From: an uncultured Clostridia bacterium
Lineage (GTDB): Bacteria > Bacillota > Clostridia > Tissierellales > Gottschalkiaceae
Length of the DNA: 64,000 nucleotides
NCBI GenBank assembly: GCA_964489735.1
Contig: CAZBAL010000006.1
Span: 11,796-75,795 of the forward strand
Reading direction: 5' to 3'
Positions 29,140 through 38,902 of this stretch are shown here, one piece after another; within the stretch, counting starts at the first letter, position 1; every line of letters begins with the position of its first letter. Below the pieces are notes generated by a model. The model made no database searches and had not been told where the DNA came from. It worked only from the letters and a program-made list of their open reading frames with translations. Made by a program: the position numbers and the translations under genes.

Positions 29140-30018
29140 CTATTCAATATTCTGTATCTGTTCTCTTATCTCTTCAATTTTTGTTTTTATTTCAACTACT
29201 CTATTTAAAATCTCTGTATTTCCTGCTTTTGAACCGATGGTATTTGTCTCTCTATTCATTTCTTGAACAATAAAGTCAAGTTTTTTACCTATGCTTCCTT
29301 CACTTGCCGCCGTATGTCTGAAGAGGCCAATATGACTGTTAAGTCTTACAATTTCCTCATCTACATTAGATTTGTCAGCAAAATAAGCAATCTCATTTTC
29401 AAGCTTGTTACTATCGACTGCTCCTCTATCTTCCAAGATTTCTGCTATTCTCTTACTGAGCTTCTCTCTATACTCAGTAACCATCTCGTCCTTATACCTT
29501 TCTATTTCGGTAATCATATTTTCAATGGAAGAAAGCTTAGACTCCATATTCCCAGCTAGGACTTCACCTTCTCTACTCCTAGCAGCATCTAGCTTATCAA
29601 GGGAAGTATTCAAAGCCTCTCTGCAAATATTCCAGATTTCTTCCTGGTCATATTCTTTTTTGACCGGCTTAAGTACATCAGGAAAATCTAAAAATCTATC
29701 CATCGTGATATCTGAATAAATACCGATTTTTCTTCCCAAATCTTCTACTGCTTTTAAATATGCATGTGCAAGTTTTTCATCTACCTGTACTTCAACATCA
29801 TCCTGACCAAATTCATCTATGTTGATATACACTTCAATTCTTCCTCTATCAACTTTAGATTTAATATTAGATTTAACTTGTTCTTCCAAATAGGAGATAT
29901 GTCTAGGTATTCTAGTGACAATGTCACAGTATCTGTGATTAACAGTTTTTATCTCTACACTTATGGTTATTGAACCTTCTGTATGCTCCCCTATACCATA
30001 TCCAGTCATGCTCTTCAA
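29140..30018 (-). CDS. YicC/YloC family endoribonuclease
   Basis: [53 protein letters not shown]. Confidence 0.95.
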   Translation of the reverse strand: MKSMTGYGIGEHTEGSITISVEIKTVNHRYCDIVTRIPRHISYLEEQVKSNIKSKVDRGRIEVYINIDEFGQDDVEVQVDEKLAHAYLKAVEDLGRKIGIYSDITMDRFLDFPDVLKPVKKEYDQEEIWNICREALNTSLDKLDAARSREGEVLAGNMESKLSSIENMITEIERYKDEMVTEYREKLSKRIAEILEDRGAVDSNKLENEIAYFADKSNVDEEIVRLNSHIGLFRHTAASEGSIGKKLDFIVQEMNRETNTIGSKAGNTEILNRVVEIKTKIEEIREQIQNIE

Positions 30019-30368
30019 TATTATAAGCCCCTCTCAATTATTCTGCATTTAATCTTCGGCTTACTCTCCGATTTGTTACATTCATACATGAATATATATT
30101 TTCATAAAGTATATTCTATTATAACATATAGATGCCTATTCTTTTAGGGAAATCTCGCTTTTTCTTTAAATTTCGCCGATTTTTGTAGGAATACAGATAG
30201 AATCATGTACTCACAGATATTACAGAAAATCATGATTTAACAAAACCAATTTATCTGTTCATGCTCTCCAAAAGTCCATTATATTAAGACATTGCCTAAT
30301 AATTCTCATAAAACAGTCTAAATGCTACAGATGGAATCTATGTTATAATATTCATGGAAGGTGATAAT

Positions 30369-32141
30369 ATGGCATTTGACGGAATAGTTCTCAATGCAGT
30401 TGAGAATGAACTTGAAGAAAAACTTATTGGTACTAAAATAGATAGAGTTAATCAGCCTGAAAAGGATGAGCTCATAATAAATATACGTGGAAAAGGTGAG
30501 AATTATAAGCTGCTGCTATCAGCTAGCAGCAATAATCCAAGAGCTCACCTAACAACAATGACGAAACCTAACCCCATGAGTCCTCCAATGTTCTGTATGC
30601 TTTTAAGAAAGCACTTACAGGGAGGAATAATAACTGATATCAGACAGATTGAAATGGAGAGAATCCTGGTCATTGAAATTGAATCAATGGATGAACTTGG
30701 ATATAAATCAAAGAAAGATCTTGTCATTGAAATAATGAGCAAACACAGCAATATAATTCTTGTCAGAAAAGATGATTCACAGATTCTTGATTCAATAAAA
30801 AGAATACCTGCATCTACTTCCTCAGTGAGACAGGTACTTCCGGGACTCAAATATGAATACCCACCATCACAGGATAAAGTTAATCCTTTGGCATATGAGT
30901 TTAGTCTTTTACCAGACACTTTGAAATTGACAGACAGAAATTTAAAACTATTTAAATTCCTATACTTCACTTTCTTAGGTATGAGTCCACTCATAGCTCG
31001 TGAAATAGCATTTAGAGCAAATTTAGACTCGGATAAATTTATATATGATCTAGATGAAGCCGATATAAATAATCTCTCTAATACCCTGTCTGAATTCTAT
31101 TCACATATAAAAAATGATGTATTCAGCCCGACTATAGTGAGAGATCCTGACACTTCAGAAGTAACTGCATTTTCTGCAGTTGAACTCCATCAGTTCACAG
31201 GATTTCAGGTTGAGAAGATTGACTCTATATCAAGTCTACTAGAGAAGTTTTTCACGGAAAGAGATAATCAGGACAGAATAAAGCAGAAATCATCTGACCT
31301 TAGAAAATCAATTTCCACGAAGCTTGAAAGATTAATGAACAAAACGGCAAAACAAGAACTTGAGCTTAGAGAATCCAAAGACAGAGAAAAGTATAGAATC
31401 AAAGGAGAACTGTTAACTGCTAATTTATATAAAGTAGGTAAAGGTGATAGAGAGATTATTGTAGACAATTTTTACAGTGAAGATTTTGAAAAGATGTCGA
31501 TTAGTCTTGACCCCAAACTTTCACCAGCAGATAATGCACAGAAATATTTCAAAAGGTATAATAAACTGAAGCATGCAGACAATCTCCTGACTACTCAGAT
31601 TGAACAATCTAGAGAAGAGATTGAGTACCTAGATAATATTATTTTCTCCATAGACAATTCAACTGAAATTACAGAAATAGATGAGATTAGAGAGGAGCTT
31701 ATTAAGGAAAACTATCTGAAAAGTTACCACCTTAAGAATAGAAAACAAAAACAAGAATCATCAAAACCCCATCATTATGAATCTTCTGATGGATTTGATA
31801 TATATGTCGGAAAGAACAACAAACAGAACGACTATCTAACACTGAGATTTGCTAATAGAGATGATTACTGGTTTCATACTAAAGATATACCCGGCTCTCA
31901 TGTAATAATTAAATCTGATGGTAGAGAAATAACTGAAACAGCAATTAAGGAGGCGGCTCTCCTAGCTTCATATTACAGTAAAGGAAAAATGTCTTCGAAT
32001 GTAGCGGTCGACTACACTGAGAAAAAGAATGTAAGAAAACCTAGCGGTGCAAAACCAGGAATGGTTATATATGAAAATAATAGCACCATTTATATTACTC
32101 CAGAAAGGTCAGAAGTAATCAAAATAAAAAAAGTCTGTTAG
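30369..32141 (+). CDS. rqcH: Ribosome quality control protein RqcH (NFACT/FbpA)
   Basis: MAFDG, PPMFCMLLRKHL, EIMSKHSNIIL, VGKNNKQND, WFHTKDIPGSHV, VDYT..KNVRKP.GAKPG.V.Y. Confidence 0.96.
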   Translation: MAFDGIVLNAVENELEEKLIGTKIDRVNQPEKDELIINIRGKGENYKLLLSASSNNPRAHLTTMTKPNPMSPPMFCMLLRKHLQGGIITDIRQIEMERILVIEIESMDELGYKSKKDLVIEIMSKHSNIILVRKDDSQILDSIKRIPASTSSVRQVLPGLKYEYPPSQDKVNPLAYEFSLLPDTLKLTDRNLKLFKFLYFTFLGMSPLIAREIAFRANLDSDKFIYDLDEADINNLSNTLSEFYSHIKNDVFSPTIVRDPDTSEVTAFSAVELHQFTGFQVEKIDSISSLLEKFFTERDNQDRIKQKSSDLRKSISTKLERLMNKTAKQELELRESKDREKYRIKGELLTANLYKVGKGDREIIVDNFYSEDFEKMSISLDPKLSPADNAQKYFKRYNKLKHADNLLTTQIEQSREEIEYLDNIIFSIDNSTEITEIDEIREELIKENYLKSYHLKNRKQKQESSKPHHYESSDGFDIYVGKNNKQNDYLTLRFANRDDYWFHTKDIPGSHVIIKSDGREITETAIKEAALLASYYSKGKMSSNVAVDYTEKKNVRKPSGAKPGMVIYENNSTIYITPERSEVIKIKKVC

Positions 32142-32186
32142 TCAAAATAAACTTTCAAATCATGATTCTTTGTGAAATAAACACAT

Positions 32187-32224
32187 TATATAGAGGTTAT
32201 AGTGAATACTATAACCTCTATATA
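32187..32224. terminator. Perfect 17-bp-stem hairpin between the convergent rqcH and SLH pseudogene (bidirectional terminator)
   Basis: TATATAGAGGTTATAGT-gaat-ACTATAACCTCTATATA. Confidence 0.75.
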
Positions 32225-32280
32225 TATTACTATGAAGTTCAATAAAAATTCAGTATCTTTGTGTGAAATAACCTTTTCAT

Positions 32281-34279
32281 TTACTCAATCCACTTTAAAT
32301 CAACTGTATTATCAAAGCAGTGGAATTTTATATCTGCTATACCTGCTGCATCTTCTATATCAATATCAGGTCCTAATATTTTTTAATACTTCCTGGTATT
32401 CTAACTTCTCCGTTTAAGTTGCACTCTTTAAACGATAATTCACCAATTTTCTTCAACTTGGAACCACCTTCGAATCTAAGCGTATTTAATGGTGTCTTTT
32501 TAAAGGCATAAACAGCAATAGTTTCTACCGATGATGGTATGTTTACTTCTTCCAAGCCACTTTCACCAAATGACAGTGGACCAACAACAATAAGAGAGTT
32601 TGGTAAATCTATTGTCTTGAGAGACTCACAATTAGCAAACGCTCTCTCTTTAATATTTACGACATGATTTGGAATTTCTACTTCCTCAAGTGAAGCACAA
32701 TTACTAAAAGTATAACTTGGTATCACTGTAATAGGACTTAGAATTTTTGCACTGCTTAAGTTTTGACAAGATCTAAAAACTCCATCTTCCATTAGTTCGA
32801 CAGAATTCGGAACCGTTATAGATTTCAATCCAGATCCAAAAAACGCATGCGATTTTATTTCCTTCACCGAATTAGGAATGACAATCTCTGAAAGTGCAGA
32901 GCAAGCCGAAAAAGCAAATCGATCTATCGATGTTACTGAGCTAGGTATCACTACTGTTTTCAATAAAGGGCTTCCAGAAAAAGCATTTTCTCCAATGGAT
33001 GTTACTGAATTTGGAATATTAACTTTCAATAATGACATACATCCTCTAAAACTATGAGGAGCAATTGATTTTAATGAGCCAGGTAGTACGACTTCTGTCA
33101 ACTCAGTAGAACCAAAAGACCATTCCCCGATAGTTTCAGGAGAGTAACTATCAATAAATACAACTTCTTCCAAAGTAGACCCATAAAACCCAGAATTCCC
33201 TATATGACACTCTTGCGGAATGTATACTTTTTTCAAAGTAGTGCTGTTTTTGAAAGCATCTTTGCCCAGTTCTTTTACTCTTATGCCTTCAATATATCTA
33301 GGAAGTGCTAGTGTCGCCATAGAACTGTTAGAAGACTTTATTCTTACACTCATATCGTCTATTTTTTCCCATTCATAATCAGCTACTATTACTTTAACTT
33401 TCTTTTTTGCCCTTTTACCATCTGTAGTTTTGAAAACTACAGTAACTTGGTACTCTCCTTCAACTGTAGAATTAACATAGTCGTCCTCTATGTATATATC
33501 GCTTACAGCATTTCCGTTCTCATCCGTTGCTGTAACACCTTCCAGTATATGACTATTCAGTTTATCTCTACCTGCTGAACCATCTGTTATTTCACTATCA
33601 TTTAGTTGAACTCCATATGCTTCAGGCAAGTTCTTTACATTAACATCTGTCGTTTCATAGGTTCTTTCATTATATGGTATTGTAAGACTGTATAATATTT
33701 TGGCTAGCTCTGCTCTGCTTATATCATTTTCAGACTTGAACACCCTCCAGGGTAACCATTAATAGCTCCCATAGAAACCAGCTTTTCAATTGAGCCTTTC
33801 GCCCAATGGCCTTCTATATCTGTCAATGATGCAGTATTTCCCAAGTCATTATACTTATTTGTATTATCCAGAGCAGCAAATATCAACTTAGATGCCTCTG
33901 CTCTTTTTATATTGTTTCCTGGCTTAAAACTTCCATCAGCATATCCGTCGATTATTCCTGCAGAAGATAGATCCGTAATATATGGTTCACTCCACATTTC
34001 TGAGTTCACATCAGTGTAAGTTTTTACTATTCCCTTCGACTTTATAAGCATGTCAAAATATGCACTGACCATCTTTGCTGCTTCTTCTCTTTTTATCGGA
34101 TTATCTGGTCTAAATGTTTCATCAGGATATCCATTTATTACTTTCTCTTCTACCAGCTTTTCTATAGCTGGCTTAGCCCAGTGCTCTCCTATATCAGTAA
34201 GTGTTACTGCGGATGCAATGCTCGAACTTATTATGACCGTACCCAATGCTAATTATATTATTTTTTTACTCTTTCCCAT
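32281..34279 (-). pseudogene. Surface protein with 3 SLH domains, an Ig-like domain and BspA/TpLRR leucine-rich repeats, disrupted
   Basis: RBS AGGGGAG and ATG at 34279; MGKSKKII*LALGTVII has an in-frame TAA at 34253-34255 inside the signal peptide; 1-bp frameshift at ~33745 in the third SLH (GYPG|VFKSENDISRAE); probable A-run frameshift at ~32378; LRR units of the IPNSVTSIGENAF type. Confidence 0.85.
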
Positions 34280-34611
34280 TTTAATCTCCCCTTTTATGGT
34301 ATTGTTTTAATTAATAAGTTTCTATACTTACTTTTCATAGTTGGGATCCCCCAGTCCACAACTATTGTACAGCCTTAGACTGTATTTACATAATTTGTCT
34401 TGAAACTGAATTAACAGTATTTCAAGCTATCAATTTATATACCCAACACATACTATACCAATCTAATTTTATTATATTAAAAAAATATAAGTAAATGATT
34501 ATTCCTCTATATGTGTTGCAACCCTGCCTTTAGTATACATGAAAAAATTAAAATGAAAAATATGCAAAAGTATATAATTTCTCCTAAAAATCTCTACAAA
34601 AGTATATATTA

Positions 34612-34688
34612 TAAAAAAAAGACATATTGCCTTTTGTACTTTGAAATGCCATTTGTAATAATGACAACTCATAAGGTCAATATGTCTT
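34612..34688 (-). terminator. Large-loop terminator-like hairpin after pyrR
   Basis: AAGACATATTG-CCTT ... AAGGTCAATATGTCTT arms, ~40-nt loop, followed by a long T-run on the minus strand. Confidence 0.6.
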
Positions 34689-35213
34689 CTAATCAAATTT
34701 TTCTTCTATTAAAACTTTATTATCTTCGCCTTCAATAATTACTTTTATTCGTTCGTTTCTCGAAGTTGGGACATTTTTCCCTACAAAATCAGGTCTTATT
34801 GGAAATTCTCTGTGACCTCTATCTATTAAAACTGCAAGTTGAACTTTTTTAGGCCTTCCATTATTGACTATAGCATCTAATGCGGCTCTAACAGTTCTTC
34901 CAGTGAACAATACATCATCTATCAATATGATAATTTTATCTTCTATATTGAAATCAAATTTGTATTTCTCGATTTTATCTCTGTCCACATCATCCCTATA
35001 AGCACTTATATCAATATACTCAACCTGCATATCCTTTCCCTCTATGGATGATATTCTTTCACCAAGTTTTTCTGCAAAAGGTATCCCTTTACTTCTGACA
35101 CCCACAAGTATGAGATCTGAAGTACCTTGATTCTTTTCCAGTATTTCGTGAGATAGTCTGGTTATTGCTCTTTCTATCGCATTATGGTCCATAATTAGTG
35201 CTTTTGTTCCCAA
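34689..35213 (-). CDS. pyrR: Pyrimidine operon regulator / uracil phosphoribosyltransferase PyrR
   Basis: AIERAITRLSHEILE, YRDD, IILIDDVLFTGRTVRAALDA, LIDRGHREFPIRPDFVGKNVPT; TTG at 35213 follows an AAGGTGA RBS, so the ORF-track start is too long. Confidence 0.95.
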   Translation of the reverse strand: MGTKALIMDHNAIERAITRLSHEILEKNQGTSDLILVGVRSKGIPFAEKLGERISSIEGKDMQVEYIDISAYRDDVDRDKIEKYKFDFNIEDKIIILIDDVLFTGRTVRAALDAIVNNGRPKKVQLAVLIDRGHREFPIRPDFVGKNVPTSRNERIKVIIEGEDNKVLIEEKFD

Positions 35214-35307
35214 TTTACTCACCTTCTTCAATCTAGTTTGCAAACAATATACATGGCTATATTCTACATTTATAAGTCCAATCAAATGAACACCATCGAA
35301 CTTCTTA

Positions 35308-36210
35308 TTATTCCAGTATATTGACAATTCTCTTAAAATAATCCGGCATTTCAGTACTGAACTCCATATACTCACCTGTTCTTGGATGATCAAACCCTAT
35401 TGTCTCAGCATGCAAAAGCTGTCCATCCAGCTTAAATTTCTGTTTTCTGATTCCATACACAGGGTCTCCAACAATTGGATGCTTAATATAGTTCATATGA
35501 ACTCTTATCTGATGAGTTCGACCAGTCTCGAGTCTAGCTTCAACCAGAGAATAGTCTTTAAATCTCTTAAGAACCTTAAAGTGCGTGACAGCTCTTCTAC
35601 CACCGTCAACCACAGCCATCTTTTTTCTATCAGATGTACTTCTTGATATGGGAAGGTCAATTTTTCCCGACTCCTCCTTGATTATCCCTTCTACAAGAGC
35701 AATATATTTTCTAAGTACAGTATGCTCTTCTATCTGTTTAGCAAGATTAATATGTGCAAAATCAGATTTTGCTACAATCAGTAATCCTGAAGTATCTTTA
35801 TCCAGTCTATGAACTATTCCTGGTCTTATTTCATCATCATTAACAGTTGAAAGACTATCCATATGGAATAGAAGCGCATTTACCAAAGTTCCAGACCAAT
35901 TACCTTCTCCTGGATGAACTACCATCCCCTGAGGCTTAAATACAACTGCAAGATCTTCATCTTCATAAACTATATCAAGTTCAATATCTTCAGGTCCAAT
36001 AACTATTTTCTTTTCATCTTCTAACTCGACTTCTATCTCGTCTCCTGATTTTATTATATGATTAGGTTTTATATTCTTACCATTTACTGAAACCTTCAGT
36101 GCTTTAATAAGCTTTTGAGCTTTCGATCTTGATAGGTTATCAACAGAGTCTGCTAGAAACGAATCTATTCTAACTCCATCATATTCAGATTTTAACAATA
36201 CCTTTTTCAT
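35308..36210 (-). CDS. rluD: RluA/RluD family 23S rRNA pseudouridine synthase
   Basis: S4 domain, GIVHRLDKDTSG, LETGRTHQIRVH, QLLHA. Confidence 0.93.
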   Translation of the reverse strand: MKKVLLKSEYDGVRIDSFLADSVDNLSRSKAQKLIKALKVSVNGKNIKPNHIIKSGDEIEVELEDEKKIVIGPEDIELDIVYEDEDLAVVFKPQGMVVHPGEGNWSGTLVNALLFHMDSLSTVNDDEIRPGIVHRLDKDTSGLLIVAKSDFAHINLAKQIEEHTVLRKYIALVEGIIKEESGKIDLPISRSTSDRKKMAVVDGGRRAVTHFKVLKRFKDYSLVEARLETGRTHQIRVHMNYIKHPIVGDPVYGIRKQKFKLDGQLLHAETIGFDHPRTGEYMEFSTEMPDYFKRIVNILE

Positions 36211-36662
36211 TAAAACTCCTCTTTTCCCATAAGAACAACATATGATAAAATAATAGTTCCAACCACGACCGAAATATCAGCTATATTGAAAACTGGAAAG
36301 TCATAAAACTCTCCAAACTTCACATCAATAAAATCAATAACATAACCATGTAAAACTCTATCTATAAGATTACCAATTGCTCCACCTACTATTAAATTAA
36401 GCGAATACAGAGTCAGTCTCGAAGTCTTTTTTATTACCTTCTTAGAGTATACAGTAATACCAATAATTATAATTGTAGTTATCAAAATGAAGAAAAATCT
36501 CTGGTTTTGAAGAATACCAAAAGCAGCACCTGCATTTTCCACATATGATAAGTTCAAAAACTTTCCAATAAGGTGTATACTCTCTTTGCCTTTTAAAGTA
36601 TTAACCGCAATATATTTAGTTATTTGGTCTATTATGACTATTAAAATAAACACTAAGTTCAT
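36210..36662 (-). CDS. lspA: Lipoprotein signal peptidase II
   Basis: DQITK, NAGAAFG, GGAIGNLIDR, VIDFI, FPVFNIAD. Confidence 0.97.
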   Translation of the reverse strand: MNLVFILIVIIDQITKYIAVNTLKGKESIHLIGKFLNLSYVENAGAAFGILQNQRFFFILITTIIIIGITVYSKKVIKKTSRLTLYSLNLIVGGAIGNLIDRVLHGYVIDFIDVKFGEFYDFPVFNIADISVVVGTIILSYVVLMGKEEF

Positions 36663-36675
36663 ATAATATACCCCA

Positions 36676-37122
36676 CTATTTATTAGATAAATTCTGCTGT
36701 ACGATTTTTACAATATCAGCTATATAGTCCCCTATTATAGGAATCGAAATCATACTTTGTAAAACGTATAGAACCAAGGCTGCCAAAATCGTGAACCCAA
36801 TAACAGTTCCAAAACCTTTTGCCATACCCATAAGGAAATTGATGAAAAAAAGTCTTTTCTTATTGTTTACTAAATCGAGATATTCCTGAAGCCTATTTCT
36901 TTCCATCTTTTCTGCTATATCATTGAGCTTGTCCGCGAGAATATACATGTCCGTTTTTTCATTATCCATTGACTCCAGAATTTCATCTACCTTCTCGATT
37001 CTCTTTTCAATTCTCTTTCTTTCACCTTCGTTTTCCTGAATTCTATCTTCTATTTTATTGTATTCTCTTCTGTACCCATCATGTTTGGATCTGATTCTAT
37101 CACGTACTTTTGTCTTCATCAA
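36676..37122 (-). CDS. DUF5665-like membrane protein with an N-terminal coiled coil
   Basis: LQEYLDLVNNKKRLFFINFLMGMAKGFGTVIGFTIL...IPIIGDYIADIVKIVQ; charged heptad N-terminus. Confidence 0.7.
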   Translation of the reverse strand: MMKTKVRDRIRSKHDGYRREYNKIEDRIQENEGERKRIEKRIEKVDEILESMDNEKTDMYILADKLNDIAEKMERNRLQEYLDLVNNKKRLFFINFLMGMAKGFGTVIGFTILAALVLYVLQSMISIPIIGDYIADIVKIVQQNLSNK

Positions 37123-37168
37123 TTTTGATCACCAACCTCATGTTTGTTAAAAACTACATTTAATTCTA

Positions 37169-37972
37169 TTATTTTAGCTTTTTAACTCTATATCTGAGTT
37201 TTCCTTTTTTGCTCATTCCCAGATAATCATCCACTTTAGCCCTTCCAAAACCTCTAACTGACACTAAACTGCCTATCTCTACCTTTGTATTTTTAGATTT
37301 TATTGGTCTAAAATCCAATTTCACTCTGTCTGACTCAACTAAAGCACTTGATTTTGACCTGGATAAATTGTATATCTCAGAAATAACATTGTCTAATCTA
37401 TCAGAAGATACAGTGATGATTTTCTCCTCAAATTCACTTTCAGGTAAAACTATATCAGAGAAGTCTATTTCTCTGACCGACACTGTTTCCTTTCCTATTT
37501 TATCCAGATTTGCAACGAGATATCCAAGTATATCTGTGTGAATCATTACGTATGCCCTATCATCAAATGATAGAATATCTCCAATTTTTTCTCTCACGAT
37601 TCCTTTACCGAGTATAGATCCCAAATAGTCACTATGTGATGACCTGTTGAACTTGAAGTTTCCCTTTATTTCTATTGCAGTTACAGGTTTTTCTTCGATG
37701 TTCTCGTATTCCAAATAATCCGGATACATTATAATACTCTTTCTTTCTGCATCCTCATATCCACCTTCAAATGTATACGATATTCCATCTATTCTGTTAA
37801 GTATTGATTCTGATAATTTCCTCTGATATGGATTTAAAAAGTCAGTAAACTCAACAGAATAATTTTTCAGACTGATAGATATCTTATCTATCAGTCTATT
37901 CATCGCATCTATCTGTTCCTGATCGGTTATATGATTAGTGAGTAGTTCTTTATCTAAATACATTTTTATCAA
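37169..37972 (-). CDS. ylmH: YlmH/Sll1252 family S4-domain RNA-binding protein
   Basis: TDFLNP, GGYEDAERK, HSDYLGSILG.GI.REKIGDI, S.RLD, SVRGFGR. Confidence 0.9.
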   Translation of the reverse strand: MIKMYLDKELLTNHITDQEQIDAMNRLIDKISISLKNYSVEFTDFLNPYQRKLSESILNRIDGISYTFEGGYEDAERKSIIMYPDYLEYENIEEKPVTAIEIKGNFKFNRSSHSDYLGSILGKGIVREKIGDILSFDDRAYVMIHTDILGYLVANLDKIGKETVSVREIDFSDIVLPESEFEEKIITVSSDRLDNVISEIYNLSRSKSSALVESDRVKLDFRPIKSKNTKVEIGSLVSVRGFGRAKVDDYLGMSKKGKLRYRVKKLK

Positions 37973-37974
37973 TC

Positions 37975-38235
37975 CTAAAGTCTGCTTAAAACAATGCTTC
38001 TAATAATATTAATAATAATTATTGCTACCAGTGGAGAAAAGTCAATTGCGCCAGTACTGATTCCCAAGCTGTTCATTAATTTTCTGACTGGGTGTAGGAT
38101 AGGCTCTGTAAATCCATAAAGTATTTCTGTAAATGTATTAGGTCTTTGAAACATAAAGCTTGCAAAGCTTCTTATTATTATTGCCCATACAAGTATATTA
38201 GTAAATATCATAAAAGCGCTCTTAAAAATTACCAT
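37975..38235 (-). CDS. ylmG: YggT/YlmG family membrane protein
   Basis: FTEPILHPVRK...IDFSPLVA. Confidence 0.9.
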   Translation of the reverse strand: MVIFKSAFMIFTNILVWAIIIRSFASFMFQRPNTFTEILYGFTEPILHPVRKLMNSLGISTGAIDFSPLVAIIIINIIRSIVLSRL

Positions 38236-38268
38236 ATTATTGCTCCAAATCTATATAGTCTTATAATC

Positions 38269-38306
38269 AGATATAAGAGTATCTGACGATACTCTTATAT
38301 CTTTTT
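38269..38306 (+). terminator. Perfect 15-bp-stem hairpin between sepF and ylmG, with its T-run on the + (antisense) strand
   Basis: AGATATAAGAGTATC-tgac-GATACTCTTATATCT then TTTT. Confidence 0.5.
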
Positions 38307-38385
38307 ATATATTTATTACATTTTAATAGTTTGCAAATCGATACAATCTCAGACTTAGCTATAATATCATGCTATCAGTCTAAAA

Positions 38386-38883
38386 TTATTGTTTTTGCCA
38401 ACGAAAGATTCCTCTGCTAGAGATCTCTTCCGAAAGTTTTTTAGAATCAACTTGTACATTGCTAGGAGCCATTACAAAAATATCTTTCGCTACTTTCTGC
38501 ATGCTTCCATCAAGCGAATATACTGCACCACTTAAGCAGTGAAAAACATTCGACTTAAGTTCATGCTCTAATCCCAGCATATTTATTACTATGATCTTAC
38601 CTGCTCTCAACTCATCAATCATAGTTGTAACCTCATCATAAGCTTCAGGCTCATAAATCATAACTTTAACATTTTTCGAGCTGCTGCTAGCTTGTCTAGA
38701 AGCTCTGATATTTATTACTTTATCATCAGTTCTATCTAATCTAATGTCATCATAAGAGCTGTCTACCGAACTCTCTCTTTCATCTTCAGTTACTGCTTCA
38801 CTCTCATATTCATAGAAATCCTCTTCATCATCCAGCTCTCCAAAACCAATAAACTCCTTAAATCTATCTAATACTCCTGACAT
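38386..38883 (-). CDS. sepF: Cell division protein SepF
   Basis: EPEAYDEV..MIDEL..GKIIVINM, LSGAVYSLDGSMQKV..DIFVMAPSNV. Confidence 0.92.
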   Translation of the reverse strand: MSGVLDRFKEFIGFGELDDEEDFYEYESEAVTEDERESSVDSSYDDIRLDRTDDKVINIRASRQASSSSKNVKVMIYEPEAYDEVTTMIDELRAGKIIVINMLGLEHELKSNVFHCLSGAVYSLDGSMQKVAKDIFVMAPSNVQVDSKKLSEEISSRGIFRWQKQ

Positions 38884-38902
38884 CTCTCTTCCTCCTCATT
38901 TA

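Noticed and set aside
32165-32272. Rex operators (TTGTGAAATAA twice; TTGTGAA also in the 1881-1910 repeats)
   Set aside because: Only half-sites are present, lacking the TTCACAA partner arm, and they lie between convergent gene ends rather than at promoters.
34499-34738. Small ORFs in the pyrR-SLH intergenic region (34499-34696 minus, 34511-34738 plus)
   Set aside because: No RBS or recognisable motif; they span a terminator-like hairpin and AT-rich promoter DNA.
35214-35307. PyrR-binding attenuator upstream of pyrR
   Set aside because: No ARUCC-NGNGAGGYU binding loop or terminator/antiterminator is visible, and no pyr genes follow. lspA-rluD-pyrR is ordinary synteny.
35214-35393. ORF-track N-terminal extension of PyrR
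   Set aside because: It overlaps rluD, and PyrR homology starts at the TTG at 35213 behind an AAGGTGA RBS.
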